DNA from: the human T2T-CHM13v2.0 reference genome, Homo sapiens
Strand: one strand, 5' to 3'
DNA length: 64,000 bases
NCBI RefSeq assembly: GCF_009914755.1
Contig: NC_060930.1
A program made the translations under genes and the position numbers. Positions 13,035 through 27,949 of this stretch are shown in pieces (position 1 is the stretch's first letter; every line of letters starts with the position of its first letter). The notes beneath the pieces are model-generated. The model ran no database searches. It saw only the letters and a list, made by a program, of their open reading frames with translations, and was not told the origin of the DNA.

Positions 13035-15295
13035 CACTGTTCTTCGTTGTGGTTGTACCAATTTACATTCCTTCCAACAGTGTACAAGGGATCCCTTTTC
13101 TCCACATCTTCACCAGCATTTCTTATTGTCTGTCTTTTGGATAAAAGCCATTTTAACTAGAGTGAGGTGAGATCTCATTGTAATTTTGATTTGCATTTCT
13201 CTATTAATCTTTTGTCAGATGTATAGTTTGTAAATATTTTTCTCCCATTCTGTGGGTTATTTCTTCACATTGCTGATTGTTTCCTTTGCTGTGCAGAAAG
13301 CTTAAAACTTGATGTAATTCCATTAGTCCATTTTTGCTTTAATTGCCTGTTCTTGTGGGGGTATTACTCAATAAATCTTTGCCCAGTCCTATGTCCTGGG
13401 GAGTTTTCCCAATGTTTTCTTCTAGTAAAAAAGACCTCATAGTTTAAGGTCTTAGATTTAAGTCTTTAACCCATTTTGATTTGATTTTTGTATATGGCAA
13501 GAGATAGGGGTCTAGTTTCATTCTTCTGCATAAGAATATCCAGTCTTCCTGGAACTATTTATTGAAGAAACTGTCCTTTTTCCAGTGTATGTTCTTGGTA
13601 TCTTTGTCAAAATGAGATAACTGTACATGTATGAATTTGTTTCTGAGTTATTTATTCTGTTCCATTGGTCTATGTGTCTGTTTTTATGCCAGTACCATGC
13701 TGTTTTTGGTTATTATAACTTTGTAGTATAATTTGAAGTCAGGCAATGTGATTGCTCTAATTTTATTGTTTTTGCTCAGGATAACTTTGACTATTCTGGG
13801 TGTTTTGTGGTTCCATATACATTTTAGGATTGCTTTTTCTATTTATGTGAAGAATATCATTGGTATTTTGATAGGGATGGCATTGAATTATGTAGATTGC
13901 TTTGGGTTATATGGACATTTTCACAATATTGATTCTTTCAGTCCATGAATATGAAATATCTTTTGATTTTATGGTATTATTTTCAATTTATTTCATCAAT
14001 GTTTTATGGTTTTCACTATAGAGATCTTTCACTTCTTTGGTTAATTCCTAGGTGTTTAATTTTATTTGTAGCTATTGTAAATTGGATTACTTGTTAAATT
14101 TCTTTTTCAGAATGTTTGCTATTGGCATATAGAAATGTTACTGCTTTTTGTATGTTGATTTAGTATCCTGCAACTCTACCGAATTCGTGTATCAGCTGTA
14201 ATTATTTTTTGGTGGCATCTTGAGGATTGTCCAAATATAAGATCATACCATTTGCAAACAAGGATAATTTGACTTCTTTTCCAATTTGGATGCCCTTTAT
14301 TTCTTTCTCTTGTCTGATTGCTCTAGCAGGACTTCTAATACTATGTTAAATAACAGTGGTGATAGTGGGCATTTTTGTTGTGTTCTAGATTTTCAAATAA
14401 AGTCTTTTCAGTTTTTCTCCATTAGATATTATACTAGCTGTGGTTCTGTCATATATGGCTCCAATTATGTTCCTTCTTTACCTAGGTTTTTTGGCAGTTT
14501 TAATTATGAAGGCATGTTGAATTTTATTAAATGCTTTTTTAACATCAATTAAAATGATTGTATGGTTTTTGCCCTACATTCTGTTGGTAGGATGTATCAC
14601 ATTGATTTGCATATGTTGAACCACCCTTACATCCTTGGGATAAGTTGTACTTGATCATGATGAATATCTTTTTAATGTGTTGTTGAATTTGCTTTGCTAG
14701 TATTTTATTGGGGATTTTTGCATCAATGTTCATCAGGGATAGTGGCCTGTAGTATTCTTTTTTTGAGGTGTCTTTATCTGGTTTTGGAAGCAAGGTAATA
14801 CTGGCCTTGTAGAATAAGTTGGAGGTATTGCCTCCTTCTCTATTTTTCAGAACAGTTTGAGTAGGATTGGTATTTTAATGTTTGATAAAATTCAGCAGTG
14901 AAACCATCGGGTACCAGACTTTTCTTTGTTGTGAGACTTTTTATTACTGCTTCAATCTTGTTATTTATTATTGGTCTGTTTAGGCTTTGAATTTCTTCAT
15001 GACTCAATATTGATAGCATGTATGTGTCTAGGAATTTATCCATTTTTTTCTGGGTTTTCCAATTGATTGGCATATAGTTGCTCACAGTAGCCACTAATGA
15101 TCCTTTGAATTTCTGCAGTATCAGTTGTAATGTTGCCTTTTACATCTCTGATTTTATTTGCATCTTCTTGCTTTTTTTCTTGGTCTGGCTAAATGTTTGT
15201 CAATTTTGTTTATCTTTAAAAAAACAACTTTTTATTTCATTGATCTTTTGTATTATTTTCTTTATTTTAATTTCATTTATTTCTGCTCTGATCTT

Positions 15296-15583
15296 GTGTG
15301 TGTGTGTGAGACAGGGTCTTGCTCTGTCATCCAGGCTGATGTGCAGTGGCACAATCATGGCTCACTGAAGCCTTGAACTCTGGGGCACAAGTGATCCTCT
15401 CACCCCTGCCTTCTGAGTAGCTGATACTACAGATGTGTGCCACCCCACCCAGCTCAATTTTTTTTTCTTTTTTTTTTTTTTTTTAGAGACAGAGTCTCAT
15501 GTTGTCCAGGCTGGTCTTGAACTCCTGGCCTCAAGCAGTCCTCCTGCCTTGGCCTCCTAAAGGCTAGGATTACAGACACTTGG
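15296..15583 (-). mobile_element. AluJ inside L1, tail converted to (TG)n
   Basis: gagacagggtcttgctctgtc...cctcaagcagtcctcctgccttggcc. TSD tctgctctgatctt/tctgccctcatctt (15282-15295, 15584-15597). Confidence 0.9.
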
Positions 15584-16131
15584 TCTGCCCTCATCTTTTT
15601 TATTTCTTTTCTTCTGCTAATTTTGGATTTAGTTTTCTCTTGCTTATCTAGTTCTTTAAGATGCATCATTAGGTTGTTTACTTGCAGTTTTTCTACTTTT
15701 TAACATAGTTGTTTATAGCTATAAACTTCCCTCTTTGTACTGTTTTTACTGTATGCCATAGGTTTTAGCATGTTGTATTTTCCTTATCATTTGTTTTAAA
15801 TTTTTTTCAATTTTCTTCTTAATTTCTTCATGGAACCACTGACCATTCAGGAGCATATTGTTTAAATTTCACGTGTTTGTATAGTCTCCAAAATTCCTCT
15901 TGTTATTGATTGTTAGTTTTATTCCATTGGGGTCAGAGAAAATACTTGATATTATTTTTATTTTTTTGAAATTTTAAAGTCTTTTTTGGTGGCCTAACAT
16001 ATGGTCTATCCTTGAGAATGATTCATGTGCTGAGGAGAAGAATGTGTATTCTGCAGCTGATGGATGAAATGTTCTGTAAATATCAATTAGATTTGTTTGG
16101 TCTATAGTACACATTAAGTCTGATGTTTCTT

Positions 16132-17166
16132 TGTTGCAGGAAGTCAGGGACCCTGAACGGAGGGACCTGCTGAAGTCGTGATAGAAGAACATAAATTGTG
16201 AAGATTTCATGGACTTTTGTTAGTTCTCCAAACTAGTACTCATAATTTCTTATGCCTGTCTTTACTGCAATCTCTGAATATAAATTGTGAAGATTTCATG
16301 GATGTTTATCACTTCCCCAGTCAATACTCTTATAATTTCCTATGCCTGTCTTTACTTTAATCTCTTAATCCCATCATCTTCGTAACCAGAGGATGTATGT
16401 TGCCTCTGGACCCTGTGATGATTGCGTTAACTGCACAAATTGTTCGTAAAGCATGTGCGTTTGAACAATATGAAATCTGGGCACCTTAAGAACAGGATAA
16501 CAGCGATTTTCAGGGAACAAGGGAGATAATCTTGAAGTCTGGCTGCCTGGGAGCCGGGCGGAACAGAGCCATATTTCTCTTATTACCGAAAACGGGTAAG
16601 AGAAATATCGCTGAATTCTTTCCCCAGTAAGGAATATGGGGGCCTCTAAAATGGCTGCTCTGGGAGTGTCTGCCTTATGCAGTTGCAGATAAGGGATGAA
16701 ACACGCCCTGGCCTCCTGCAGCGCTCCCAGGCTTGCTAGGATTAGGAAATTCCAGCCTGGCAAATTCTGATCAGACTGGTTCTCTGCTCTTGAACACTGT
16801 TAAGATGTTTATCCATGACATTGCGTGCACAATGGGACATGGAAGTTCATTAGTGATTCTAGTTTTGCCCTGACCTTGTGATTTTGCCCTGACCTTCTGC
16901 CTTGTTATCCCTTGAAGCATGTGATCTCTGTGACCCACACCCTATTCGTACACTCCCTTCACTTTGAAAATTGCTTAATAAAGACTTGCTGGTTTTATGG
17001 CTCAGGGGGCATCACGGAACCTGCTGACATGTGATGTCTCCCCTGGACACCCAGCTTTAAAATTTCTCTCTTTTGTATTCTTTCCCTTTATTTCTCAGAC
17101 CAGCTGACACTTAGGGAAAATAGAAAAGAACCTACATTGAATTATCAGGGGTGGGTTCCCCCGATA
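16132..17166 (+). mobile_element. MER11 (MER11C-like) solo LTR of HERV-K11/HML-8
   Basis: tgttgcaggaagtcagggaccc...gggttcccccgata, with AATAAA at 16977. Perfect 6-bp TSD tttctt (16126-16131, 17167-17172), typical of ERVK. Confidence 0.93.
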
Positions 17167-19956
17167 TTTCTTTGTTGATTTTCTGTCTGGACAATCTGTC
17201 CAAAGCTAAAAGTGGGGTGTTGAAGTCTCTAGCTATTATTGTATTGGGGATCTCCCTTGAGCTCTAATATTTACTTTATATATCTAGGTGCTCCAGTGTT
17301 GAGTACATGTATATTTACAATTGCTATATCCTCTTGCTGAACTGACCCTTATTCTAGGGTAAACATTTTTTTTTTAGCTCTTTAAATATGTCATGCCATT
17401 GTCTCCTGGCCTGTAGGGTTTCCACAGAAAAGTCTTCTGCAAGATGTACTGGAGCTTTTTTGTATGTTGTTTCTTTTCTCTTGCTGCTTTTAGTATCTTT
17501 TCTTTATCCTTTGACTTTTGGGAGTTTGATTATTGAATGCCTTGAGGTAGTCTTCTTTGGTTTAAATCTGCTTGGTGTTATGTAACCTTCTTGTAGTTGG
17601 ATACTGATATCTTTCTCTAAGTTTGGGAAGTTCTCTGTTATTATTCCTTTGAATAAACTTTCTACCCCTATCTCTCTCCCTACCTCTTGTTTAAGGCCAG
17701 TATCTCTTAGATTTGCCCTCTTGAGGCTATTTTATAGATATTGTAGGTGTTCTTGTTTTTTAAATTCTTTTTTTCTTTTGTCTCCTCTGAGTGTGTATTT
17801 TCAAGTAGCCTATCATCAAGCTTACTAATTCTTTCTTTTGCTTGATCAACTCTGCTGTTAAGAGACCACTGCATTCTTCAGTATGTCAGTTTCATCTTTC
17901 AACTCCACAATTTCTGCTTCTTTTAATTATTTCAAGGTTTTTGTTAAATTTCTCTGATAGAATTCTTAAATCCTTCTTTGTGTTACCTTCAATTCCACTG
18001 AGTTTCCTCAACAGCTATGGATTATCTGTCTAAAATGGCCCACATCTCTGTCTCTTCAGAATTGGTCCCTGGTGCCTTATTTAGTTCATATGATAAGGTC
18101 ATGTTTTCCTGGGTGGTGCTGATGCTTGTGGATATTCGTTGGTGTCTGGATATTGAAGAGTTAGGTGTTTATTATAGTCTTTGCAATCCGGGCCTCTTTG
18201 TACCTGTCCTTCTTGGGAAGGCTTTCCTAGATATCAAAGGGATTGGGTGTTGTGATACAAGTTTTTGGTCACTGCAGTCACATCTGCATTATGGGGCACC
18301 ACAAGCCTACTAAGGCTGTGGCTCTTGCAGACTTGTAGAGGTACTGCTTTGGTGGTCTTGGATAAGATTCAGATACATTCTCTGGATTACCAAACTGAGA
18401 CTCCTGTTCTCTTCCCTTACTTTATCACAAACAAATGGAGTCTCTCTCTGTGTGCTGAGCTGCTGGAACTGGGGGAAGGGTGACATAATTAACCCTGTGG
18501 CCACCACCACTGGGACTGTTCTGAGTCAGACCTGAAGCCAGCACAGAACTGGGTCTTGCCCAAGACCTGCAGCAACTACTACCAGGCTATTGCCTGTGTT
18601 CTCTCAAAACCCTAGGGCTCTACCACCAGCAGGTGGCAAAGCCAGCCAGGCTTGTGTCCTTCCTTTCAGGACAACAAGTTCTCTTGGAGTGTTTCCAGCA
18701 ATACCATCCAGGAGCCAGAGTCTGGAGTCAGAAACCTTAGGAATCTCCCTGGTCCTCTATTCTGCTGTTGCTGAGCTGGCACCCAAAGCACAAGACAAAG
18801 CTATTCCCACTCTTCCCTCCCTTTCCCAAAAGCAGAGGAGTCTCTCCCCATGGCCACCACTGCCCCAGGACTACCTGGCTACTGCCAGTGTTTACTCAAT
18901 GCCCAAGGGCTCTTTAATCAACTTTTGGTGAGTGCTGCCAGGCCTGAGACTCTCCCTTCATGGCAGTGGGCTCCCTTCTGACTCAGGGCATGTCCAGATA
19001 TGCCATCCAAGAGTGAAGACCTCGAACTGGGGACCCCAAGAGCCTGTTTGGTGTTCTATCCTACTGTGGCCAAACAAGACAAAGTCTGCTTTACTCTTCC
19101 CTCTCATTTTCTAAAGCAGGAGTTTCTGCCTGTAGCCACCACAGCTGGGAATGTGCTGGGTCACACCTGAAGCCAGCACATCTCAGTCTCACCCAAAGCC
19201 CATGGCAAGTACTAGCTGGCTGCCACTGATGATTTTTCAGGGCCCAAGGGATCTTTAGTCCTCAAGTGATAAATGCTGCTAAGACTGGCTCCTTCTCTTC
19301 AAGGCAGTGGATTCCTTTCTCACCCAGGGTTTGTCTAGAAATGTTATCCAGGAGTTAGGGTCTGGAATGGGGGCTTCAGGACTTTGCCTGGTACCCTATT
19401 CTACTATGACTGAGCTGATATTCAACTTGCAAGACAAAGTCCTCATTACCCTATCCTCTCCTTTCCTCAGGCAGAGGAAAGGAGTCTCTCCTGGAGCTGT
19501 GAGCTGTGCTACCTGGGAATGGGTGAGGGGTGGTGCAAGCACTCGTTTAGCTACCCCAGCTGCTGTCTTACTAGGTTGCATGTTCCCAGGTCTACTGGCT
19601 CTGAGCCCAACACAGCACTAGCACTTGCTTAGTGGTAGTCGTTAAGGCTTAGACTGCCTTTTGAGTTTATTTAGGACTCCAGAGTACTTTAGCCTTTGGC
19701 GGTAAAGCTTGGTGGAACTCAGGTTCTGACTGCTGGAATGGGCAATTCCCCTTTGGCTAGGGCTGCTCAAAAAGCTCCCTCCATGGGAGCTGGCTGAGTT
19801 CTGCCCAGTGTTGCTTTCTGCTGTGACAGGGCAGCACTGAGTTCCAATGCAGAATCCCATAATCACTGCATTCTGCCTCTCCCAAATGCACAGATTTTGT
19901 CTCCATGCCATGTGGCCACTGCCAAGGAATGGGGGAGGAGTGGCATTGACAATTCA

Positions 19957-20835
<879 letters not shown>

Positions 20836-22939
20836 GATTTTCCTACCTTTCTCAGTGCCTCTTTCAATGATATGAAGTAAAAACCAGGTAGTGTGATTGC
20901 TCACCTGATTTGTGGTTCTTATGAAGGTGCTTTTTTTGTGTGGATGGTTGTTGTGTTTAGTGTTCCTGTAGGGAGGAAGATCAATATAAGCTTCTATTTA
21001 GCCATCATGCTGTGTCTCTCTCTCTGCTTCTCATGTAGTTAGGGACATTCATGACCCTGAGGCAAACAGTGCTCCCCCATGATAGATGGTGCAAGTGATC
21101 TAGCTCAGATTTTTATTAAGAAGTTATATAATGTATAGAATCCACATGCCATCTCCCAAGTAGGTGGACTGCTTATGGACATAGATTTCTCAGGAAGTCA
21201 TGGTCTTCACAAAGCCTCTATACTTCTCCCTTAACCAGGAATGATGAGCCCCTTTTTTGAGGCAAAATACCCAACTGTGAATAGAGAGGTTTCTTTGTTC
21301 AGTAATGTAGCTCCCAACTTTCTTTGAACCCAGTTGGATAACCAAATTTGATATTTTCTAACCTCAGACCACTGTTGGAGACAATGAATCTACTACATTT
21401 CTCTTCTGTTTTAAAGGAAGTTTATATACACAGTATAGGAGGACAGATGATATACTTTATTGGATTATTTTCCTTACATTCTTTTCAAAATAATTAAGAT
21501 AGTGGCTTATTAAACAAGCACTACTTAATGTAATCAATAGTTCATTTCTTATACTTTAAAATAGAACTGTGATGGACAGGGATGGGTAGAAGGGATGATT
21601 AAAGAATTGGGTGGGAAATTATAGATTCATTTGACAAATAATATGTTAGTACTGCAGTAAGTCCTTGAAACTCTAATAAGAAAAGTGCAGGACCAATAAA
21701 AGAAAATTTAAAAATTTACCCAGTGAGTAGTTTATTGAGCTCATGCCTTTGGGGAGCATTTTTAGGGAAGCCAGGCAAGGCCTTCCTGAATTACCTACCA
21801 TTTGGCTATATTATCAATGACTAAATATTAAATAGGGTGGGTCAAGGTCCTTACCTAGTGAAGTTATTTGTCTGTTACTTTTGCACTTAGGTTCATAAGC
21901 AGTCCTAGCTTCCATGATGGACACTGATAGAAAATCTACTTTTAAGACTGCTCAAAAAGAAAGCTTTGCTGGCAGCTTAGGTACACTTTTGAAAGGGACG
22001 TGACATCAGCAGTGCTTATGAGTTTCTTATGAAAATTTAATGGAACTTGTGATATAAAATGAAATATTGGATCAACTTATGACAGGCTGCCTTTAATGAC
22101 AGTTCAAGATACAAATAACTCATTTCAGAGACCATTTACCTAAGGCTTTTAAATTAAATTTTCTAAGTACCTTGCATATTCAACTCTACATTTAAAGCAA
22201 ACAGAATTCCACTTTAGGGAACTGAAGCTATTTATGGTCATAAAAAAATAGATTCAGATAGGCCTTTCAATAAAAGGGTCAGTGTATCAAAAATCTGAAA
22301 GATATTACTGTAAATAAAAATCTTTATTAAGAACTAAAGAGTGCAATTGATTTTAAAGGTTGCTATTCTTTCTGGCACATAATAAAATAAAATAATAATG
22401 ATCAATACTAAAATGTTCCCTAGAAAGGAGGAGGTCCTGAAGCAATACAGAGCTCTGTGCCATTGATGAGGATTGGCCAGTACATAAAAATGATGGGTTG
22501 GAGGACTGTGTGAATGAAACCCAGTTACAAAGGCCAAAGGTCAGCAGTTCACCATTAGGTTTATTTGTTTCTTAGTCAGAAACGTTACTCTTAACTCCAG
22601 CAAAGACTCTGTTCACAAAAGGTTTTCACCCAAGTCAATTAGTTAATGTTTGTTGCTTAAAAGGTGTTTTGGCAATTAGGGCTGGCTCTAAGGAAAATAA
22701 ATTAGTAATAGTTGAAATTAGTATTCGTCTCTTAACAGTTTTCTGTATCTTTTTCCTTGCTTTTGATCCACCTCTCTGCCACACATTTATACACACCTAT
22801 AATAGAATAGAAGACTAAAGCAAACCTATGTAATTAGTGACTCAAAGTGTCATCCATTCTTCCTCATCCCTCCCAGGAATACTGGCCTGTTTAAAGAGAG
22901 CCCACAATGTTTTTCTGAAAGAGAGTCAAACAATGACCA

Positions 22940-23088
22940 ATATTATTATACCCATTTTGCATATTGGAGAATTGAGATTGAGGGTAGAATAAACTTCTTA
23001 TTTAAGGTCACATGGTTAGGAAGTTGCAGAACAAGAATTTATACCTACATCCAGTTAACTCCCAGGTTCTTGAACACTAAGCTATGTC
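22940..23088 (-). mobile_element. MIR
   Basis: tattatacccattttgcatattggagaattgag...aaggtcacatggttaggaagttgcaga: antisense MIR core. Confidence 0.7.
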
Positions 23089-23549
23089 ACCTTCCAGTCT
23101 CTGGCGGATACTTTGCAGGTAATCCCTTAGGAAGATGAGGAAGAGTTCCTGCTCTCCCACAAAGCCACATTATATACCAACCTCTCCTCCACTGGTACAC
23201 AAAAGCAGTCCATCTGGCCCAGGCCTCCTTAAGAAGTTGCCTTAGTTGCTAACTCATGGCTATTTATTCTGACTTTTACCTCAACCTTGGCCTCCCTTTA
23301 GATTTGCAGCAAGCCTTCATTTTTGAATTTTAACTCCTTTCACATTCCATGTTTCTTCCTGTCTCCTTAGGTTTTCACTCTCCTAGGATGACCCAGGTAT
23401 AGAATCTGCCCCTATGGTTCAGCTCCACCCTCTCACCTGTCTCTTGAGAGCATTGTGAAGTTCTGAGACACAGCAAGGACAGAAACAGAGGGCATGGAAG
23501 ATGCTTTCAAGTTGGTTTATTCTTACTGATTAAATTAACACTTCATGAT

Positions 23550-23933
23550 TGTCTTAGTCTGCACAGGCTGCCATAACAAAATACCACAAACCGGGTGGCT
23601 TAACAGAAATTTTCTCACAGTTCTGGAGGCTGAAAGTCCAAGATCAAGGTACCAGCAGGGCTTGTTTCTTCTCAGGCCTCTCTCCTTGGCTTACAGATGG
23701 CATCTTCTTGCTGTGTCCTCGCATGGCCTTTTCTCTGTGCATGGAGAGAGAGAGATCTCTGGTGTCTTCTCCTCTTCTTAGAAGGATACAAGTCCTGTTA
23801 GATTAGGGCCTCACTTTTACAATCTCATTTAACCATAATCACTTCTTTAAAGGCCCTATCTCCCAATACAGTCACATTGAAGGTTAGGGCTTCAGACTAC
23901 AAATTTTAGGGGAACACAATTCAGTCCATAATA
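23550..23933 (-). mobile_element. MaLR solo LTR, MLT1A/MLT1A0-like
   Basis: tgtcttagtc...ctcacagttctggaggctgaaagtccaagatcaagg...acacaattcagtccataata. TSD atgat/attat. Confidence 0.88.
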
Positions 23934-24714
23934 ATTATCCAAGTAGAAAGCAGGATATATGAGAATGAGGTAACTTGAGAATCTGACTTTATTTTTCTCT
24001 ATATCTGTAAGCTAAGTCCCAGGCCTTTAGTGAAAGTTTCTTCCACTGCAGATAGAAAGAAAAAAAGGCCTTTATAGACATAAAAATGACTTAAGACATT
24101 TGCTTCTCTGATACTCACTTCTGAGAAATGCTTCTTTGTCTCTGTGCCCAACCATTTTTCATAACTGTATAGAATGAACATTCATCCTGATTGAGTAGAA
24201 TAATAAATTTAGTAGTGCTCATTTGTCCTGACTAATTATTAATAGTGTCTTCTTTTTCTTCCAAAGTTTAGATGACACAGATGTCTAACCTATAAAGGAG
24301 TTTTTCAAGTTTAAGCTATTTTTTTACTACCTAGATTTAAGTAATTTTCTTATTTTCCTCTCCACATGAATATACCAATATATCTTTCATAACCCTTGAA
24401 GTTTTGTCTCTAGTCTTCTGAGTTTTGTGCTCTTGCCCCCTCTTCTGTTTGCATCTGTGGGCTTTCTTTCCTTTTACTGTCTTGCTCTGCATGTATGTAC
24501 TCATATAATCAGTTTCTGTGAACTCTTGTCTGCTGCCAGGGGATTGGTTTCCTCCATGCTTGTTAATGGCAGTTACAATTTCTCACATTCAATCAATGCT
24601 AGAAGTTTGAGAAGTTAAGATTAGCAGCCACATGAGTTTTAACCAGATTTTAAAATGTGTGATGCTAATTTTATAGCTTTACTTACTACAGAAAAACATC
24701 CACACATCTCCTGT

Positions 24715-24990
24715 GGTAGCAGCTAAGCTGATTAGTGCATGGAGCTAATGAAACCCACAGCTTTGTCTCCCTTCCTAAGGCTGTCCATTGTTGTGTCTTA
24801 TCTCTGGCGGAGGCCGGCTTCTATGGTCCTCCCTCTTGTCAGCCAATGATGTTGCTTACTGTTGGTCACAGGGGGCTTGGTAAGAGAGAGGATCGGCTTC
24901 CTTCCTGCTACTAAAAAACAACTTACGGCACTCACTGGGGAAGCAGAGTGCTCAGCAGGACAATCTTCTTATGTTAAGGTCAGCACGTTA
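24715..24990 (+). mobile_element. MamSINE1-like ancient tRNA-derived SINE
   Basis: Degenerate tRNA head agctaagctgattagtgcatggagctaatga, then tgttggtcacaggggg, ctactaaaaaacaact and aaggtcagcac in consensus order as I recall it. Confidence 0.6.
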
Positions 24991-25653
24991 TTAAATATTC
25001 TCCATTAGGAGGTGATTGGATTAAATAATTAGTGAATGTAAAGTGCTTTAAACTGCTAATTATTATGCTTTGTGGGCCTACTTTGCGGATGATCCATAGT
25101 CAGTGAATCTATTACAAGGCATGAGGATCAGGATGATGTTCTCTCTCACTTATCTCCATTCCCCATGAGTGTTTACAATTATATCATGGATGAGTTTTGG
25201 CATTTTACAGCATTCGCAAACGTAATCTACCATGTGACTTCTCAAACTTGGGTACCCAAGAAAAACAGGGCGAGATAGCTAAGGAAACCTTTTTAGGAGA
25301 AAAGGAAGATTAGATACACTAGATTAGCAAACAGCTCACACTATTAATTATGTATCACCATACCAACATAAGTACTGTGAGTTTGTGTTGTGTAGGGAAA
25401 AAAAGAAGCCTAGAAATAAAGCTCAACTACTGATAGTCTCTTATGGGCTACTTGCTCTAAAAGTTCAATTTAATCTCCTGTTGCAGCATGGAGATTTGAG
25501 AGGTAGAGAAGTAATTACTCCTGTCCCTGGAAGATCAGGCTCTTGTCCATTAAGGAATTTAAGCCAGTTTTAGAGATGATTTAAAAAGCTATTTTGACAT
25601 ATACAGTACATAAAGTTGAATAACCATATCAGCATGGTTTCCAATAGGTTTTA

Positions 25654-25982
<329 letters not shown>

Positions 25983-26721
25983 TAATATTTCTTTGTTTAC
26001 AAAATTATTTTGTTTAGTAGTGACACTTTTCCTTTGCAAACCACAAGAGAACATAACAAAATTTAAATATAAAGCACTCACTCCAAAGTTGGGCTGGAAT
26101 TGAATGCAGTTGTCACCGTTACTTTTAAGTTAAGATATTTTGGAATAGTGATAGGAGAGGGGAGTATTAAATTAGGAGACAGTGTGTTGTTGAGCATGTA
26201 AACCCCAAATGCTATCACTGCCTTATATATATGGGGGTAGAGTTAAGTGAATCCATGGAAATAGAATATGTCAAGATAAAAGCAAACTAAATATTTAAAA
26301 ACATTTGTTTATGGTAGATAACTAATTATTAAAGGGAAAAGGATTTCTGGAAACAACTGTCACATTCTCTTAGCCCCTTATTACCCCACCTGCTTTCCAT
26401 GTTTGATTTGAAAAGGAATAAAACAAATGGATAAGCCAGTGATGGGAATCCAGTGAGAAATGACTTTGTATGTCTGTGCTGGCCCCAAGCCTGAGGAAAG
26501 CTCTGATTCTGTGTGCAGCATTTGAAAATGTTAACTCTCTGAAGACTTCCTGGAAAGAGGGGGATTGGAGAGAAGAATAAGGAGGGAAGGAGTGAGAAAA
26601 ACATAATTAACTTCCTGCATCTTAGCTAGAGAGCAGAGAGCAGCACCACAACCGTCTCAGGCCATTAGAGAAGGCAGGCGGGCTGGAATAGAGCGTGAGT
26701 AGCATCTCAGGGTGGCTCTGA

Positions 26722-27590
26722 GAGGCAGCATATACAATGGCTTGAGAGCATGGAGTCTGAATTCAGGCTGCCTCTGGTCATGAATCCAGCTCTCTCTCAA
26801 GGGTTAGCTGTTTGTCCTTAGGCAGATTATTTAATTTTCCTGGGCCTCAGTTTATTTGTCTGTAAAACTGGAATAATAATAGATTGCTATGAAAATTAAA
26901 GTGATGGTTTCCAGCTTCATCCATGTCCCTACAAAGGACATGAACTCATCATTTTTTATGGCTGCATAGTATTCCATGGTGTATATGTGCCACATTTTCT
27001 TAATCCAGTCTATCACTGTTGGACATTTGGGTTGGTTCCAAGTCTTTGCTATTGTGAATAGTGCCGCGATAAACATACGTGTGCATGTGTCTTTATAGCA
27101 GCATGATTTATAATCCTTTGGGTGTATACCCAGTAATGGGATTGCTGGGTCAAATGGTATTTCTAGTTCTAGATCCCTGAGGAATTGCCACACTGTCTTC
27201 CACAATGGTTGAACTAGTTTACAGTCCCACCAATCATTTTCTGCACACTATCGCAAGGACAAAAAACCAAACACCGCATGTTCTCACTCATAGGTGGGAA
27301 CTGAACAATGAGAACACTTGGACATAGGAAGGGAAACATCACACACCGGGGCCTGTTGTGGGGTGGGGGAAGGGGGGAGGGATAGCATTAGGAGATATAC
27401 CTAATGTAAATGACGAGTTAATGGGCGCAGCACACCAACATGGCACATGTATATATATGTAACAAACCTGTACGTTGTGCTCATGTACCCTAGAACTTAA
27501 AGTATAATACAAAAAAATATATATATATATATAAATTAAAGTGCTTAGAACGATACCTGGGACACTGTAAATGCTATATAAATGCTACTA
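26722..27590 (+). mobile_element. MIR split by an L1PA4-like insertion
   Basis: gcctcagtttatttgtctgtaaaactggaataataatag before the L1; aaagtgcttagaacgatacctggg after it. Confidence 0.75.
26904..27532 (+). mobile_element. L1PA4-like LINE-1, 5'-truncated with 5' inversion
   Basis: 26904-27232 is the antisense ORF2 end (ORF 26852..27205); 27233-27532 is sense 3'UTR with an A/(TA)n tail. 11-bp TSD aaattaaagtg (26893-26903, 27533-27543). Confidence 0.95.
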
Positions 27591-27949
27591 TAAAAAGCAA
27601 TATTAAAATTACTGTTGTTATCTAAGATAACTGTTTTGGAAGATAAATTATTGTTCATAAAATAAAATTACTGTTATAATAAAAATATAAAAATTATTAT
27701 TATTAAAAACTATAAAATATATGCAAGATGTGCATTTCTAATCCACAGCTGAGAATAAATTAATTGTGGTTAACTATTAGTCAATTAACTATTTCCTAAT
27801 TAACTTGTAGGAAAGACAGTGTGATTTAAGGGAAAGAGAACTTGGCTTTAGAGACCAAATACCCGAATTGAAATTAGGACTCCGCAGCCAGTATATTCCA
27901 GATTGAAGTCGTCCTCTTTTCCCCAAGGCTCACTTTTTCTCTCATAGAT

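Noticed and set aside
16374-16763. 129-aa minus-strand ORF
   Set aside because: Lies wholly within the MER11 LTR; no recognisable protein.
24715-24760. tRNA-like sequence
   Set aside because: Degenerate SINE head with no B-box or cloverleaf; not a tRNA gene.
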